Shown: positions 26,402 to 36,679, counted from the first letter of the stretch. The stretch is DNA of 64,000 nucleotides from Candidatus Doudnabacteria bacterium RIFCSPHIGHO2_02_FULL_42_25 (GCA_001777665.1 MFEQ01000006.1:24309-88308); one strand, 5' to 3'. Program-made: numbers and translations. The notes: generated from the letters alone by a model not told the origin.

Positions 26402-26509
26402 CGCTCGGAATAAAATTTTTATGCACCGGCCATAAAATTCTGCTGAATTTTTGGCCTACGCGCTCGGTCCGTCGACCTGCGCGAGTTGCTAAAAATTTAT
26501 TCCTCGCTC
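26401..26509 (-). repeat. Branched structured element, copy B (inverted)
   Basis: Core of about 60 bp near-identical to 55690-55794. Confidence 0.85.
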
Positions 26510-26539
26510 AAGGTTTAATTGAATATTAATAAAAAATTT

Positions 26540-26986
26540 ATGACAATAATAAGCAAAAGTCGGGTGAGGGTGAAGCCATATATCTTTGGGTTCAGTAAGG
26601 ACGAAGAGCCTGTGCTTAAAGTTGGGTTGAATTTGGAATCAGTCGGGACCAAAACCACCCAGCTCGCCAGCCTAGTCTATACCTTAGTGAAATTTGAGCT
26701 TATCCGCCGCGATGCTTACAGCCGTTGGCGAAAATATTTGAATGAGGTTGGGTTGAGACTTCAGGGTTTAATTTCTTACATGAATGTCCTGTACGATGAC
26801 GATCAACTCATCTATTCGCTGAAATCATATTATTACAAATCTGTTACCCCAGATTATGATAAATTGGCACTGCTTCGCGAAGCCAATGAGCTTCTGGAAA
26901 CGCTTAAAGAAAAGGTTGAAAAAATGAAACTCTTGTCAGAATTTCAAGTCCAGTCTATTCGCAATATAGTCCCACCCCAGACTTGA
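26540..26986 (+). CDS. Hypothetical protein
   Basis: ORF between dnaB and recR; start uncertain. Confidence 0.55.
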   Translation: MTIISKSRVRVKPYIFGFSKDEEPVLKVGLNLESVGTKTTQLASLVYTLVKFELIRRDAYSRWRKYLNEVGLRLQGLISYMNVLYDDDQLIYSLKSYYYKSVTPDYDKLALLREANELLETLKEKVEKMKLLSEFQVQSIRNIVPPQT

Positions 26987-27001
26987 TCTGGGTGGTTTTT
27001 T

Positions 27002-27083
27002 ACCACTTCGAACGATTAGTGAGAAGTCGCTCCTACAAGGGTTAGCGCTTGGAGGAGGGATCTCTCACTTCGTTCGAGATGGT
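27002..27083. repeat. REP-like element, copy 3 of 3
   Basis: accacttcga...ggagggatctctcacttcgttcgagatggt. Confidence 0.8.
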
Positions 27084-27139
27084 AAAACGCTTTCGCTGGG
27101 ATGGTAAAAAAAGTCATGATTTAGTAGAATATGTAGGCT

Positions 27140-27763
27140 ATGTCCACTCTACCAAAATCGATTCATAATTTAATCAATGAATTTTCCAAACTTCCTGGGA
27201 TCGGACCCAAAAGCGCTTCCCGGCTGACTTTTTATTTACTCAAAAATCCGGAGATTGATTTACAAGGATTTTCTACTGCCATCGCCAATCTCAAAAAAGA
27301 TGTCATCTATTGTTCGACTTGCTTCAATATGGCCGAGACTAGTCCATGTAAAATTTGTTCTGATCCGAAAAGAGACCAGAAACTGATCTGTGTGGTAGAA
27401 GATGCTCTCGATGTCGTGGCCATGGATCAGATCGCTGATTTCAATGGTGTCTACCACGTCTTAGGTGGTGTTATCTCTCCGCTAAATGGAGTTAGTCCTG
27501 AAAATCTGAAAATCAAAGAACTGCTCAATCGATTAGAGCAGTTGGATCTAGGTGAAATCGTTCTGGCGACAAATCCTTCGCTTGAAGGCGAAGCGACAGC
27601 TATGTATATCACTAAACAAATCAAAATTCAAAATTCAAAATTCAAAAATATCAAAAATATCAAAATCACCCGAATCGCGAGAGGATTGCCCACTGGTGCT
27701 GATCTCGAGTATGCGGATGAGTATACTTTATCCAAAGCCTTGGAGGGCCGAAGGGAGTATTAA
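27140..27763 (+). CDS. recR: Recombination mediator RecR
   Basis: LPGIGPKSA, C4 zinc finger, YHVLGG, ATNPSLEGEATA. Confidence 0.95.
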   Translation: MSTLPKSIHNLINEFSKLPGIGPKSASRLTFYLLKNPEIDLQGFSTAIANLKKDVIYCSTCFNMAETSPCKICSDPKRDQKLICVVEDALDVVAMDQIADFNGVYHVLGGVISPLNGVSPENLKIKELLNRLEQLDLGEIVLATNPSLEGEATAMYITKQIKIQNSKFKNIKNIKITRIARGLPTGADLEYADEYTLSKALEGRREY

Positions 27764-27765
27764 TT

Positions 27766-27806
27766 AAAAAGGAGGCCACCGCGAGCATGCTCGCGGTGGC
27801 CTTTTT
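27766..27806. terminator. Bidirectional terminator with 30-bp perfect palindrome
   Basis: aaaaa gg aggccaccgcgagca|tgctcgcggtggcct tttt. Confidence 0.75.
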
Positions 27807-27864
27807 GCGTCAGTTAAACCTACCCGACATTGGTAGGTGCCCATTATAACCGACGCGGCGGGAC

Positions 27865-28077
27865 CTATCCGTGAATACGTCTCAGGAGCTGGTGCCGGCT
27901 CTCTGCAGTAGCGAGTTGGTTCGAAGCGAACCGACGCGCCTGTTGAACCAACTCCTTCATCGCAGGATCCTGGCTTTCCAGGATGACCTGGGGATCGAGC
28001 TTCCTTTCACGGATGTAAGTTTCAAACTGCTGCTGCTCGAACTCTTCGAGTGGCAGGATGTGGCGGGATTCAGGCAC
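27865..28077 (-). CDS. Hypothetical protein (GC-rich ORFan)
   Basis: AAGGAGG before GTG, GC-rich codons. Confidence 0.65.
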   Translation of the reverse strand: MPESRHILPLEEFEQQQFETYIRERKLDPQVILESQDPAMKELVQQARRFASNQLATAESRHQLLRRIHG

Positions 28078-28159
28078 GGGGCTACCTCCTTGGGGAAGCG
28101 GTCGGCGAACTTAACAGCCAAAAGCAAATCACAAAAAGCTTGTGACCTAGTTTCGGATT

Positions 28160-28468
28160 TTAAGCGATGCTTTGGATTTCGACCACTGTTTGTTGCTGGC
28201 GGTGCCCAGTTTTTCTTCGGTACCGAGACTTCGCTCGATATTTAAACACCACTAATTTTTCACCTTTTTGTTGCTTCAAAACTTTGCCAGTAACCTTAGC
28301 TCCTGACAAATATGGTTTACCTAAATTAACGCTATCATCAGACGCGACTAAAAGAACCTTATCAAAGGTCACAGTGTCGCCTTCTTGGGCGGTGAGTTTT
28401 TCGATTATGAGTTTGTCCTTTGGGGAGACCAGATACTGCTTCCCGCCGGTTTCAATTACTGCTTGCAT
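28160..28468 (-). CDS. rplU: 50S ribosomal protein L21
   Basis: MQAVIETGGKQYLV, GHRQQQT. Confidence 0.95.
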   Translation of the reverse strand: MQAVIETGGKQYLVSPKDKLIIEKLTAQEGDTVTFDKVLLVASDDSVNLGKPYLSGAKVTGKVLKQQKGEKLVVFKYRAKSRYRRKTGHRQQQTVVEIQSIA

Positions 28469-28515
28469 GATTTTACGAATCTTATAACTAAGACAGTTTA
28501 GCAAAAAACTGCACG

Positions 28516-28926
28516 CTAGTCAACAATTGCCTGATCCCCGACTTTAATCCCATTTTTGGACGCCCAGCCAGCATTTACCTCTAATACGCTATCAACAGCG
28601 CTTTTGGGCGTATATATAGTCGTCTGGTCCCTAAACCCGACATTCGGAGTTATCTCTATGACCTTGCCATCTTTGATCCAGATAAAATCAAGCGGGAATT
28701 TCATGTCCTTCATCCAGAATCCATAAGCGTCTGGGGACTCGAAAATGAATAACATGCCACTATTTTCGCCTAGGCTTTCTCTACCAGATAGCCCCTGATT
28801 TCGTGCATCTGGAGTCTGTGCAATTTCAATCTCAACTCTTTCATTGCCTACACTCATAGTCGGAACTCGGTTGCAACTCACCGCCATAAAAACTAAAGAG
28901 ATAAAAACAATTGCTATCTTACTCAT
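28516..28926 (-). CDS. DUF192 domain protein (possible lipoprotein)
   Basis: QGLSGR, GMLFIF, FWMKDMKFPLD, VLEVNAG. Confidence 0.9.
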   Translation of the reverse strand: MSKIAIVFISLVFMAVSCNRVPTMSVGNERVEIEIAQTPDARNQGLSGRESLGENSGMLFIFESPDAYGFWMKDMKFPLDFIWIKDGKVIEITPNVGFRDQTTIYTPKSAVDSVLEVNAGWASKNGIKVGDQAIVD

Positions 28927-29968
28927 GGGTTCTTCCTTTGGCCCTTAATACTGAATACAAAGAAGCGATGATCGAGAGCATGACCAGAAATAATATAATC
29001 AAAGCGATAAATTTACCTCGGGATTGAAGAAATAATCCGACTCCCCCAAATATCCCAGCCAAGGCGTAGAGGAATAACACCGCTTGAGGCACAGAAAATC
29101 CAATTTCGGTTAGCCTGAAATGCAAATGTTTCCGATCCCCTGAAAACGGCGATTGTTTATTGGCTAGTCGCTGCACGATAACCCAAGCCATATCCAGAAG
29201 TGGAATACCCATAACCAATAATGTCGTGGCCATTTTTCCTCCGGAAATAATAGCGAGCACGGCCAGCATAAACCCGGCAAAAGTTGAGCCGCCTTCCCCC
29301 AAAAATATTTTCGCGGGATGAAAATTCAAAATCAAAAATCCCAAAAGGCTACCGGCAAAAGTAATAGCGAGAATAGCAGTTTGTGGTTGCATCACTTGCG
29401 GGGATAACGAAAGAGCAAAAATCGAGAGTGCTGCAATTGCGGAAATGCCAGTGACTAATCCATCCATCCCATCTAAAAGTTTGGTTGTATAGGTCATGGT
29501 CATGGTCCACAAAAAAACTATAACCCCAGAAAGTAATGGGCTAAGTTCGATGATCGCATTGGTCAACGGGTGATGAACACTGACCGCCTGGATTCCAGAA
29601 GTAATAATGGCCAAGCACGCCATAATCGGAAAAATAATCGAAAGCTTTGCCGGCAGTCGATAGCGATCATCGAGATAGCCTCCGATCATCAAAATCGCGC
29701 CCCCGATCCAAATTCCCATCAATGCTTCCAGCGGGATGTGGCCATTGAGTAGATATCCTCCGAAAATTCCGATCGCTAACGTCACTAAAAAGAAACTCGA
29801 AAAAATTGCAATTCCTCCGAGCTGTGGAACAGGGCCTTCATGAAAACGTCTTTCGGTATCCGGGACGTCCAGAATTTTTCTTCGAACAGCAATTCTCGAA
29901 ACTAGAAATGTCGCGATAAATGAAATTAGAAATGCCAGAGCAAAAGAAACAAAATAAATAGATCTCAC
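28919..29968 (-). CDS. MraY-family (WecA/TagO-like) polyprenyl-phosphate GlcNAc-1-P transferase
   Basis: PQLGGIAI, LDD, LDGMDGL, NFHPAKIFLGEGG, DRKHLH. Confidence 0.88.
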   Translation of the reverse strand: MRSIYFVSFALAFLISFIATFLVSRIAVRRKILDVPDTERRFHEGPVPQLGGIAIFSSFFLVTLAIGIFGGYLLNGHIPLEALMGIWIGGAILMIGGYLDDRYRLPAKLSIIFPIMACLAIITSGIQAVSVHHPLTNAIIELSPLLSGVIVFLWTMTMTYTTKLLDGMDGLVTGISAIAALSIFALSLSPQVMQPQTAILAITFAGSLLGFLILNFHPAKIFLGEGGSTFAGFMLAVLAIISGGKMATTLLVMGIPLLDMAWVIVQRLANKQSPFSGDRKHLHFRLTEIGFSVPQAVLFLYALAGIFGGVGLFLQSRGKFIALIILFLVMLSIIASLYSVLRAKGRTHE

Positions 29969-31581
29969 AGAGTTTTATCCTTCCTAAATTTCGGGGTCAC
30001 CCAAAATTCCATATATTTGCCGAACATTAATCGGGTTTGAGCGTCTATGGCTGGAAATGATCCAAACACCGAAGACACAATTGGCGAAAAAATCCACTGC
30101 CAGATCATGGAAAATGATTTCCATTTACTGTACCCGGCTGGCCTTTTGGGTAACAAAACCAAACTCACGTAAACTGAAAAAATCAAAAAGAAAGTCGCAA
30201 TACTCATAATCGCTCTGGTCATGAGAGGTAAATTGAGTGCCAAAACTGTGGTCCCAAATCTGTCTCCGCCAAAAATCAAAGGCAACCACCCCAGCAACGC
30301 AATCATGATCGAAGCCGTCGCCCAAAAATAATATCCTTCGACCATCCGATAACCATAAAGTAATTTTTTCCAAAGGGGCATTTTTTTATTGCGCGCGAAC
30401 TGTGGGAAAACGATCGAAATTTGAATTGCACCCCAGGCCCAGCGTCGTTTCTGTTTGTACTGCGCGACCAAAGTTCCCCAGTATGATTGTCCTAAGACTG
30501 CATCCATCGAAACTACTGTAAACAATGGGTGGGTTCGATAGTCACCATTAAAATAATTGAAGCACTGCCAAAAAATATAGGAATCTTCTGGAATTAAATC
30601 TCGACGCCAAAACCCGACTTCGACTAAAGTTTTAAAACTCATGGAATGAGATGAAAAAGTTACCAATCGATCAGGCCTCGAAGCTTCAACCAGCTGCCAA
30701 AACGAAGATGAGATAGCGATTACGCGCGCAATTGCTGGAGTATCCCAAATATTATTATGGAACATGGGCATGGGCTGATAACTCGCTTGATGAGGTTTAT
30801 CAATGGTTAGGAAATCAAACGTTAAGTGAGCAAAATAATTCGTTGCGACAGAAGTATCACAATCAAAATTAGAAACAATAACATTCTCGTATGGAATCCC
30901 CCAGTTGATCAGGTCTTGTGCAATTTTTTCAGCTGCGAAAGCACAGTTCGCGCCTTTGCCCCGAGCTTCCCCTAGCAACCCATCTGGATGAACGACAATA
31001 GAAAATGAATGAAATTCTTTTGAGAACTTTTCTTTTAAAATTTGTGCTCTCTGCAACGCTTCAGTTCCGGCCCGTTCTTCCACAGCCAAAACAAAAATTA
31101 GTTTCTCATTGGGATAATCAGCGTTTGAGTAAGAACGAATGGCTGGTTCCAGAACATCCAGCCCTTCTTGATATAACGGGACAATTATTAAATGATAAAT
31201 TTTGGTCCAATCCAAATCTCGATTGTCATTTATAGCTTCGATTCTTGCTAGATGTTCTTTAAAAGTTCTTTTGGTAACTCTTTTATTCGCTTCGAGTACT
31301 TGTTGGTTTAAATATTTTTTAAAACCATCCGTGTCGATCAGGCGCTGACACCAATCCTTCCAATCAATTTTGTCGTGAACTTTCAAACGATAATAAGAAT
31401 GCATTAAATGGGTGGCCACATTACCACCTTTCAAAAACCAATACAAATCAAAAAGAATAATATAAACAGAAATCCACACTGGGTGGTAATATGACAAAAG
31501 AGGAGCACCAATCAAAGTGACCCAAGTTAAAAATCCCGGTAAAATTTCGAGCAACCTGATTCCAAAAGTCCGTTTATTCAT
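29965..31581 (-). CDS. Membrane glycosyltransferase family 2
   Basis: IVPLYQE, GKGAN, FDCD, PEDS, QKRRWAWG. Confidence 0.85.
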   Translation of the reverse strand: MNKRTFGIRLLEILPGFLTWVTLIGAPLLSYYHPVWISVYIILFDLYWFLKGGNVATHLMHSYYRLKVHDKIDWKDWCQRLIDTDGFKKYLNQQVLEANKRVTKRTFKEHLARIEAINDNRDLDWTKIYHLIIVPLYQEGLDVLEPAIRSYSNADYPNEKLIFVLAVEERAGTEALQRAQILKEKFSKEFHSFSIVVHPDGLLGEARGKGANCAFAAEKIAQDLINWGIPYENVIVSNFDCDTSVATNYFAHLTFDFLTIDKPHQASYQPMPMFHNNIWDTPAIARVIAISSSFWQLVEASRPDRLVTFSSHSMSFKTLVEVGFWRRDLIPEDSYIFWQCFNYFNGDYRTHPLFTVVSMDAVLGQSYWGTLVAQYKQKRRWAWGAIQISIVFPQFARNKKMPLWKKLLYGYRMVEGYYFWATASIMIALLGWLPLIFGGDRFGTTVLALNLPLMTRAIMSIATFFLIFSVYVSLVLLPKRPAGYSKWKSFSMIWQWIFSPIVSSVFGSFPAIDAQTRLMFGKYMEFWVTPKFRKDKTL

Positions 31582-31951
31582 TGACAAAAATGAGCACAAT
31601 CGTGGCAGCAAAAAATACCAGCTGAACCGGAATGCTGCTGAAACTTATAAAATATGAGGCAAGTTTTTCCTTCCGATAAAATCGGATAGCCAAAATTAAA
31701 TTAACAAAAAGCAAAACCAGTGCTAACAGGGGGATCCAATATAGATACAAACTTCTCCCAATAAAGTCAGCGCCGAGTATGACATTGTAGTGCAGCAACA
31801 GTTGTTCTTCAGTCGGTTTGATCTTGATATAGAGGGTTATCCAATGTATAATATTGATTAAGAACGCGACTGAAATTCCCACTGAATTCATTCGGTCAGA
31901 AATAAACGGTTTTTTGGAGGCTAATGCCTCATGAAGTTTGGTCGAAAACAT
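31574..31951 (-). CDS. Hypothetical membrane protein
   Basis: Three hydrophobic segments, LHYNVILGAD. Confidence 0.65.
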   Translation of the reverse strand: MFSTKLHEALASKKPFISDRMNSVGISVAFLINIIHWITLYIKIKPTEEQLLLHYNVILGADFIGRSLYLYWIPLLALVLLFVNLILAIRFYRKEKLASYFISFSSIPVQLVFFAATIVLIFVNE

Positions 31952-31964
31952 CTATCAAATTATA

Positions 31965-33539
31965 ATGAAAAAGTTCCTAAAAGACAACTGGATTCTGCTT
32001 TTAATTGCTGCCCTGGCTGTTTTTTTTCGATACTGGCAAATCACGAGTTTGCCGGGTGGATTATTCCCTGACGAAGCCGCCAACGGCTTAGATGTTAATA
32101 ATATTTTAAAGGGTGAAATTCAGCCCTTTTATGAACGGGGCAATGGTCGCGAAGCCTTGTTTTTTTACTTTTTGGCAGCGGTCGTAGAGTTTTTTGGTCG
32201 CGGGGCCTGGCAACATCATGTGATCTCCGCGGGATTTAGTGTCGCCACTGTGATTGCCACTTATTTTTTGGCCAAACGAATGTTTGGAAAAAATGTGGCT
32301 CTGCTCTCCTCTTTTTTCATGGCAGTATCGAGCTATGCTGTAATCGTGTCTCGAACCGCGTTTCGAGCCAACACTGTGCCCCTGATGGCAACTCTGACTC
32401 TTTTTTTCTTAGTCAAATTTTTTCAGGCCGAAGATAAAAAAACAAAGTATTGGTCAGCTGCTGCCTCCGGCTTATTTTTTGCTTTAGGGTTTTACACCTA
32501 CATTTCTTTCCGAATGATGGTCCCGCTCCTCGTCGGGTTTGGAGCCCTCCTGTTTTTAGCCAAACGAAGCAACTGGAAAGAAGTGTTCAGGGTTTATACA
32601 AAATACAAACTGGTGTTTGCTGGAGCATTCATCCTTGGGATTAGCTGGATCGCTAATTACTTTTATCAGCATCCAGGAAGTTTCGTTGGCAGAGCTGGCC
32701 ACGTTTCAATTTTCAACAAAGATTTAAACAACGGTAACATTCTTGGCACTTTCTTCGACGTTTTCATTAAAACTATGGTTGGGTTTTTCACTGAAGGTGA
32801 TCTGAATTGGCGACATAATGTCTCGGGACAACCGTTTCTCTCGCCGTACATCAGCCCATTTTTTGCTGTAGGCTTGATTTTGTTTACAATAGCGATGTTT
32901 GTTCTGCTGAAACAAGTTTGGGAACAAAAACTCAAAGCCGAAACTGTCTACATGGCCCTCTGCGGCACTTGGTTTTGGTTTATGTTAGCCCCTGAAGTGA
33001 CAACCGCAGAAGGCATTCCGCATGGACTGCGACTGATAGGGGTCATCCCAGTTGTGTTTATTATTTCAGCTTGGGGTATTTACTGGGTTTGGAAAAAACT
33101 TACCGTCAATCATCATGGCTGGCCGAAATATTATTTCGCAACCTTATTTTTATCAATTGTCGCAGTATTTAATTTTTATTTATACTTTGTCGTTGCTGCT
33201 GGGTCTCCCGAATACTATTATTCGTTCCGATCAGACTTAACCTCGGTTTCGGAATATTTGAATCAACGCAATCTCAAAGATCGAACTTATTTATCACTGG
33301 ATAAGTTTTCCGTGCAAACTGTTGATTATCTGACCACGGAAAAAAACCAGCCATTTATTCTAGTTGATCCCGCGCACACTTATGAAGTAAAATTAAAAAA
33401 AGGTGACCAGGTTGTCTTCACCATGAGCACGATCTACGATCGGATAAAATTTACAGAATTTCATCCAAACGCTCAATTAGTTGGTGAATACTTCAACCAA
33501 TTCAATGAGCTAATTATGTTGGTCTATGAGCAAAAGTAA
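31965..33539 (+). CDS. ArnT/PMT-like (GT-C) glycosyltransferase
   Basis: PGGLFPDEA in first loop, many TMs. Confidence 0.82.
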   Translation: MKKFLKDNWILLLIAALAVFFRYWQITSLPGGLFPDEAANGLDVNNILKGEIQPFYERGNGREALFFYFLAAVVEFFGRGAWQHHVISAGFSVATVIATYFLAKRMFGKNVALLSSFFMAVSSYAVIVSRTAFRANTVPLMATLTLFFLVKFFQAEDKKTKYWSAAASGLFFALGFYTYISFRMMVPLLVGFGALLFLAKRSNWKEVFRVYTKYKLVFAGAFILGISWIANYFYQHPGSFVGRAGHVSIFNKDLNNGNILGTFFDVFIKTMVGFFTEGDLNWRHNVSGQPFLSPYISPFFAVGLILFTIAMFVLLKQVWEQKLKAETVYMALCGTWFWFMLAPEVTTAEGIPHGLRLIGVIPVVFIISAWGIYWVWKKLTVNHHGWPKYYFATLFLSIVAVFNFYLYFVVAAGSPEYYYSFRSDLTSVSEYLNQRNLKDRTYLSLDKFSVQTVDYLTTEKNQPFILVDPAHTYEVKLKKGDQVVFTMSTIYDRIKFTEFHPNAQLVGEYFNQFNELIMLVYEQK

Positions 33540-35067
33540 AGAAATAATTACTCGCGACAATTCTGGAATATTTAAACTCCTGGGTATTTTAATCCTCGGC
33601 GGTTTGCTTCGATTTTACAACAATACTGCTGTAGCACTCTGGCACGATGAAGCCTTTTCTGCTCTTTACATCAAGTACTCTTGGTCAGAAATGATGCATC
33701 GAATCGGCCTGGATGTGCACCCTCCCCTCTACTATTGGGTCTTGCGTTTGTGGAGCTATGTCTTCGGTGACGGACTACTTTCGTTACGGTTCTTGTCGAT
33801 ACTCTTTGGAGTCCTCACGATCTACGCTGGCTATCTGTTCGTTAAAAAGGCTTTTAACCCGCCCGCCCCGCAAGCGGGAGCGTTGCGGGCAGGTAATCCG
33901 AAGCTGGCTTTGATTGCCGCGTTCTTTCTGGCGATCAACCCTTTTCAAATTCAGTACTCACTGGAAGCGAGAATGTATACACTCGGAACTTTTCTGGTTT
34001 TGATAAGCACCTGGTTGCTACTGAAAGCATTAGAAGATAACAAGTACTCAACTTGGGCCTGGTATGGAGTAGCTACTGCAGCAGGACTACTCACCCATTA
34101 CTACATCGTGTTTTCAATCATGGCTCAAGGGCTTTATGTCCTCTATTTATTTATCCGAAATCGAAAAATCAACTACAAAGCGGTCGGGAGTTATATTTTG
34201 GCCGCTATCCTCTTTTTGCCGTGGCTACCGACATTCCTGATCCAAATCAAGCGCGTCACTTCAGCTTTTTGGATTCCAGAACCTGATCGATGGAGCGTAC
34301 CCAGTACAATTTTCAAAATGATTTTTGGAGGCCAGGGTAATGATCACTTAACTTTGATCGTTATTTTGATTGTCGCAATTTTTGTCATCTATTATTTTTT
34401 TAAAGAAACCAAGCCTCCAATTCGATGGTTAATTATTTCAGGTGTGGCTATCCCATTTCTCGCAGCCATCCTGTTATCTTTTAAGCAAGCTATCTACCTG
34501 GATCGATACTTTGTCTTTGCTTCACTCTTTTTCACTATCCTTATAGCGGCAGCTTTGTTTTATGTGCCTAAATATACCACTCGCAGAACGCTCACGATCG
34601 TCTTTGCACTGATCAGTCTTATTCTATTTTTCAAAAACTGGCAGGACCTTGGTGTGAAAAATTTAATTTTTAATCGACAGGTCAATTACAAACCGGGGAT
34701 GGCCGCGGCGGCGGAATTTATCAATGATGGTGCCCAATCAACTGATAAAATTTATGTCGGCTCCAGTTTTATCTACTTTACTTTCAAATATTATAACCAA
34801 ACCGAAATCAGGCCACTTCTCTATTCTTCAGGTTCACTTGAAACAATTCCACATTTTTCCGGCACTGCAATTCTCACCAATGATGATTTAATTCTGGATT
34901 TTAAACCAACAGAAAAAAACAGCAATGTCTGGTTGCTGTGGACAACAGGATTTAGCGGTTCCAAGCCAAACGTTCCAGGAAATTGGAGTATAGTCACCGA
35001 GAAGCAATGGACTGACACCCCCGGGTTTAAAGGTGAAATAATCGTTACCGAGTACCGGGTGGATTAA
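33526..35067 (+). CDS. GT-C (family 39-like) glycosyltransferase
   Basis: LWHDEAFS, DVHPPLYY, YSLEARMY, LTHYY. Confidence 0.85.
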   Translation: MSKSKEIITRDNSGIFKLLGILILGGLLRFYNNTAVALWHDEAFSALYIKYSWSEMMHRIGLDVHPPLYYWVLRLWSYVFGDGLLSLRFLSILFGVLTIYAGYLFVKKAFNPPAPQAGALRAGNPKLALIAAFFLAINPFQIQYSLEARMYTLGTFLVLISTWLLLKALEDNKYSTWAWYGVATAAGLLTHYYIVFSIMAQGLYVLYLFIRNRKINYKAVGSYILAAILFLPWLPTFLIQIKRVTSAFWIPEPDRWSVPSTIFKMIFGGQGNDHLTLIVILIVAIFVIYYFFKETKPPIRWLIISGVAIPFLAAILLSFKQAIYLDRYFVFASLFFTILIAAALFYVPKYTTRRTLTIVFALISLILFFKNWQDLGVKNLIFNRQVNYKPGMAAAAEFINDGAQSTDKIYVGSSFIYFTFKYYNQTEIRPLLYSSGSLETIPHFSGTAILTNDDLILDFKPTEKNSNVWLLWTTGFSGSKPNVPGNWSIVTEKQWTDTPGFKGEIIVTEYRVD

Positions 35068-35076
35068 CTCCTTGTT

Positions 35077-35757
35077 TTATTCAATGACCGTACCCTTGAA
35101 AGATCTGCCTGAAAGCAGGTTTTTTAAATTCGATAAGGGTTTACCATTCATCACTACAACTTTTAATTTCAGCTTCTCAGCCAGTTTCGAGGCGACAGGA
35201 TCAAATGGCAAGTTTAATCCTGGGTCCCATTTGTTTCCCACAATTTTGCGAAAATCTTTCCAGGAAATATTTTTTAAAGGTTTAGCCCCTTTGAATTTTT
35301 TCGGATTTTTGTCGTAAACATAATCGATATTGCTCAAATTAATCATAGCCTCGGCTCCATATTTTTTGGCCAAAAGTACAGCGACATAATCTGTTGACCA
35401 GCCTGGCCGAAAACCAGCTGATACAATTATCGGCTCGTTCGCATTTTCAATTTTGTTGGGGTTCTTGATAATTCTTTCATGTGCATGCTTTCGGAATATT
35501 GTTCGCAGCAAATGTCCATTGAGTCTGGTTGAATGTATTCCTAACCAATCTAAATCAACGGACTCCAGATCTCCTAATTTTTTTGCGGCTTCGGAATATC
35601 TTCTACTAGTTCTGCCGCCACCGGTTATTAAAATAAATTTCTTACCTTTTTTAATTTCCGATTCAATTAACTTTTTGAACTGTAACAAAAAATTAACATC
35701 AACTTCGTCAGGAACAATTAACGAACCACCCAAAGAAATAATATACCTATTACTCAT
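35077..35757 (-). CDS. pyrH: UMP kinase (archaeal-type)
   Basis: ISLGGSL, ITGGGRTSRRY, DWLGIHSTRLN, PGWSTDYVA, PFDPVAS. Confidence 0.88.
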   Translation of the reverse strand: MSNRYIISLGGSLIVPDEVDVNFLLQFKKLIESEIKKGKKFILITGGGRTSRRYSEAAKKLGDLESVDLDWLGIHSTRLNGHLLRTIFRKHAHERIIKNPNKIENANEPIIVSAGFRPGWSTDYVAVLLAKKYGAEAMINLSNIDYVYDKNPKKFKGAKPLKNISWKDFRKIVGNKWDPGLNLPFDPVASKLAEKLKLKVVVMNGKPLSNLKNLLSGRSFKGTVIE

Positions 35758-36679
35758 TTGTTGTACTCGCTCCCGCTTCAGTCGGAATCGGTTGTTGTTC
35801 ACAAGGACTCTGTTTGAAGCAATAATATGCCCATTTATTTAATCGCAAATCTATATACGCTAAATTCGGCAGTTCCGAGGCTCTAATCTGTTTCGATAGA
35901 ATAACAGACAAATCAGAGAGCTGTACAGCCACAGAACGGCCAGTATCAAAAAGTACTGCCCAGCCTGTGGTGGTAATAAATTGAACTTCGGTGCTGCTTT
36001 TGCCCGGAAATTTAATAGTATCAATCGGAGTTGTAATTTTACTATTCCAGGATTTATTCATGGTCATAATAAATGGAACCAACTTCTGATTTGGCAATCG
36101 ATCGCCACGAGCAAAGCTCTCGGTTAACTGATCATGCACGACTAAGAAACTTTTCGGATCTTGGACCTCTTCGACGATCACGCCTTCGTCATCAATCAAA
36201 AAATAATTTCCATTGGATTCGATGACAAATCCTGGGGTATGTTCGACGATCTCAATAGTAATTTTATTTGGCCACTTCCGGTCAGAGTTCGTAATTGATT
36301 TAATCGTCGGTATGCCTTTGGTTAGAAGTTTGTTAACTCTTCCCTCGCTCATCAATAAAAAATGATTCTTTTTAATAAAAAATAATCGAGAATTGGCATT
36401 GGCACTTAAGACTTCATCAATTTGTGCAGTAGAAACCTGAGTATTACCTCTCACGGTAACTTCTTTAATCAACAGTGCATCTGAAATAATCAAAAAATAA
36501 ATTAGCAAAAACAATGTAATTACACAAATTATGCGAATTATAGAAAACTTGGATTTACCTTCATTCTTTAAATAAACCCGCTTATAATTACCGGCGGCTT
36601 TGATTTTATTCCGAAATTCCATCGATCCAAATCGTTTTTTCGCCTCAACTTTTTTCCTGTGTCCTGAAAATATCCGCAT
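35750..36679 (-). CDS. ftsQ: FtsQ/DivIB-like POTRA protein
   Basis: TM, IKEVTVRGN, WPNKITIEIVE, YIDLR; follows ddl. Confidence 0.72.
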   Translation of the reverse strand: MRIFSGHRKKVEAKKRFGSMEFRNKIKAAGNYKRVYLKNEGKSKFSIIRIICVITLFLLIYFLIISDALLIKEVTVRGNTQVSTAQIDEVLSANANSRLFFIKKNHFLLMSEGRVNKLLTKGIPTIKSITNSDRKWPNKITIEIVEHTPGFVIESNGNYFLIDDEGVIVEEVQDPKSFLVVHDQLTESFARGDRLPNQKLVPFIMTMNKSWNSKITTPIDTIKFPGKSSTEVQFITTTGWAVLFDTGRSVAVQLSDLSVILSKQIRASELPNLAYIDLRLNKWAYYCFKQSPCEQQPIPTEAGASTTNE

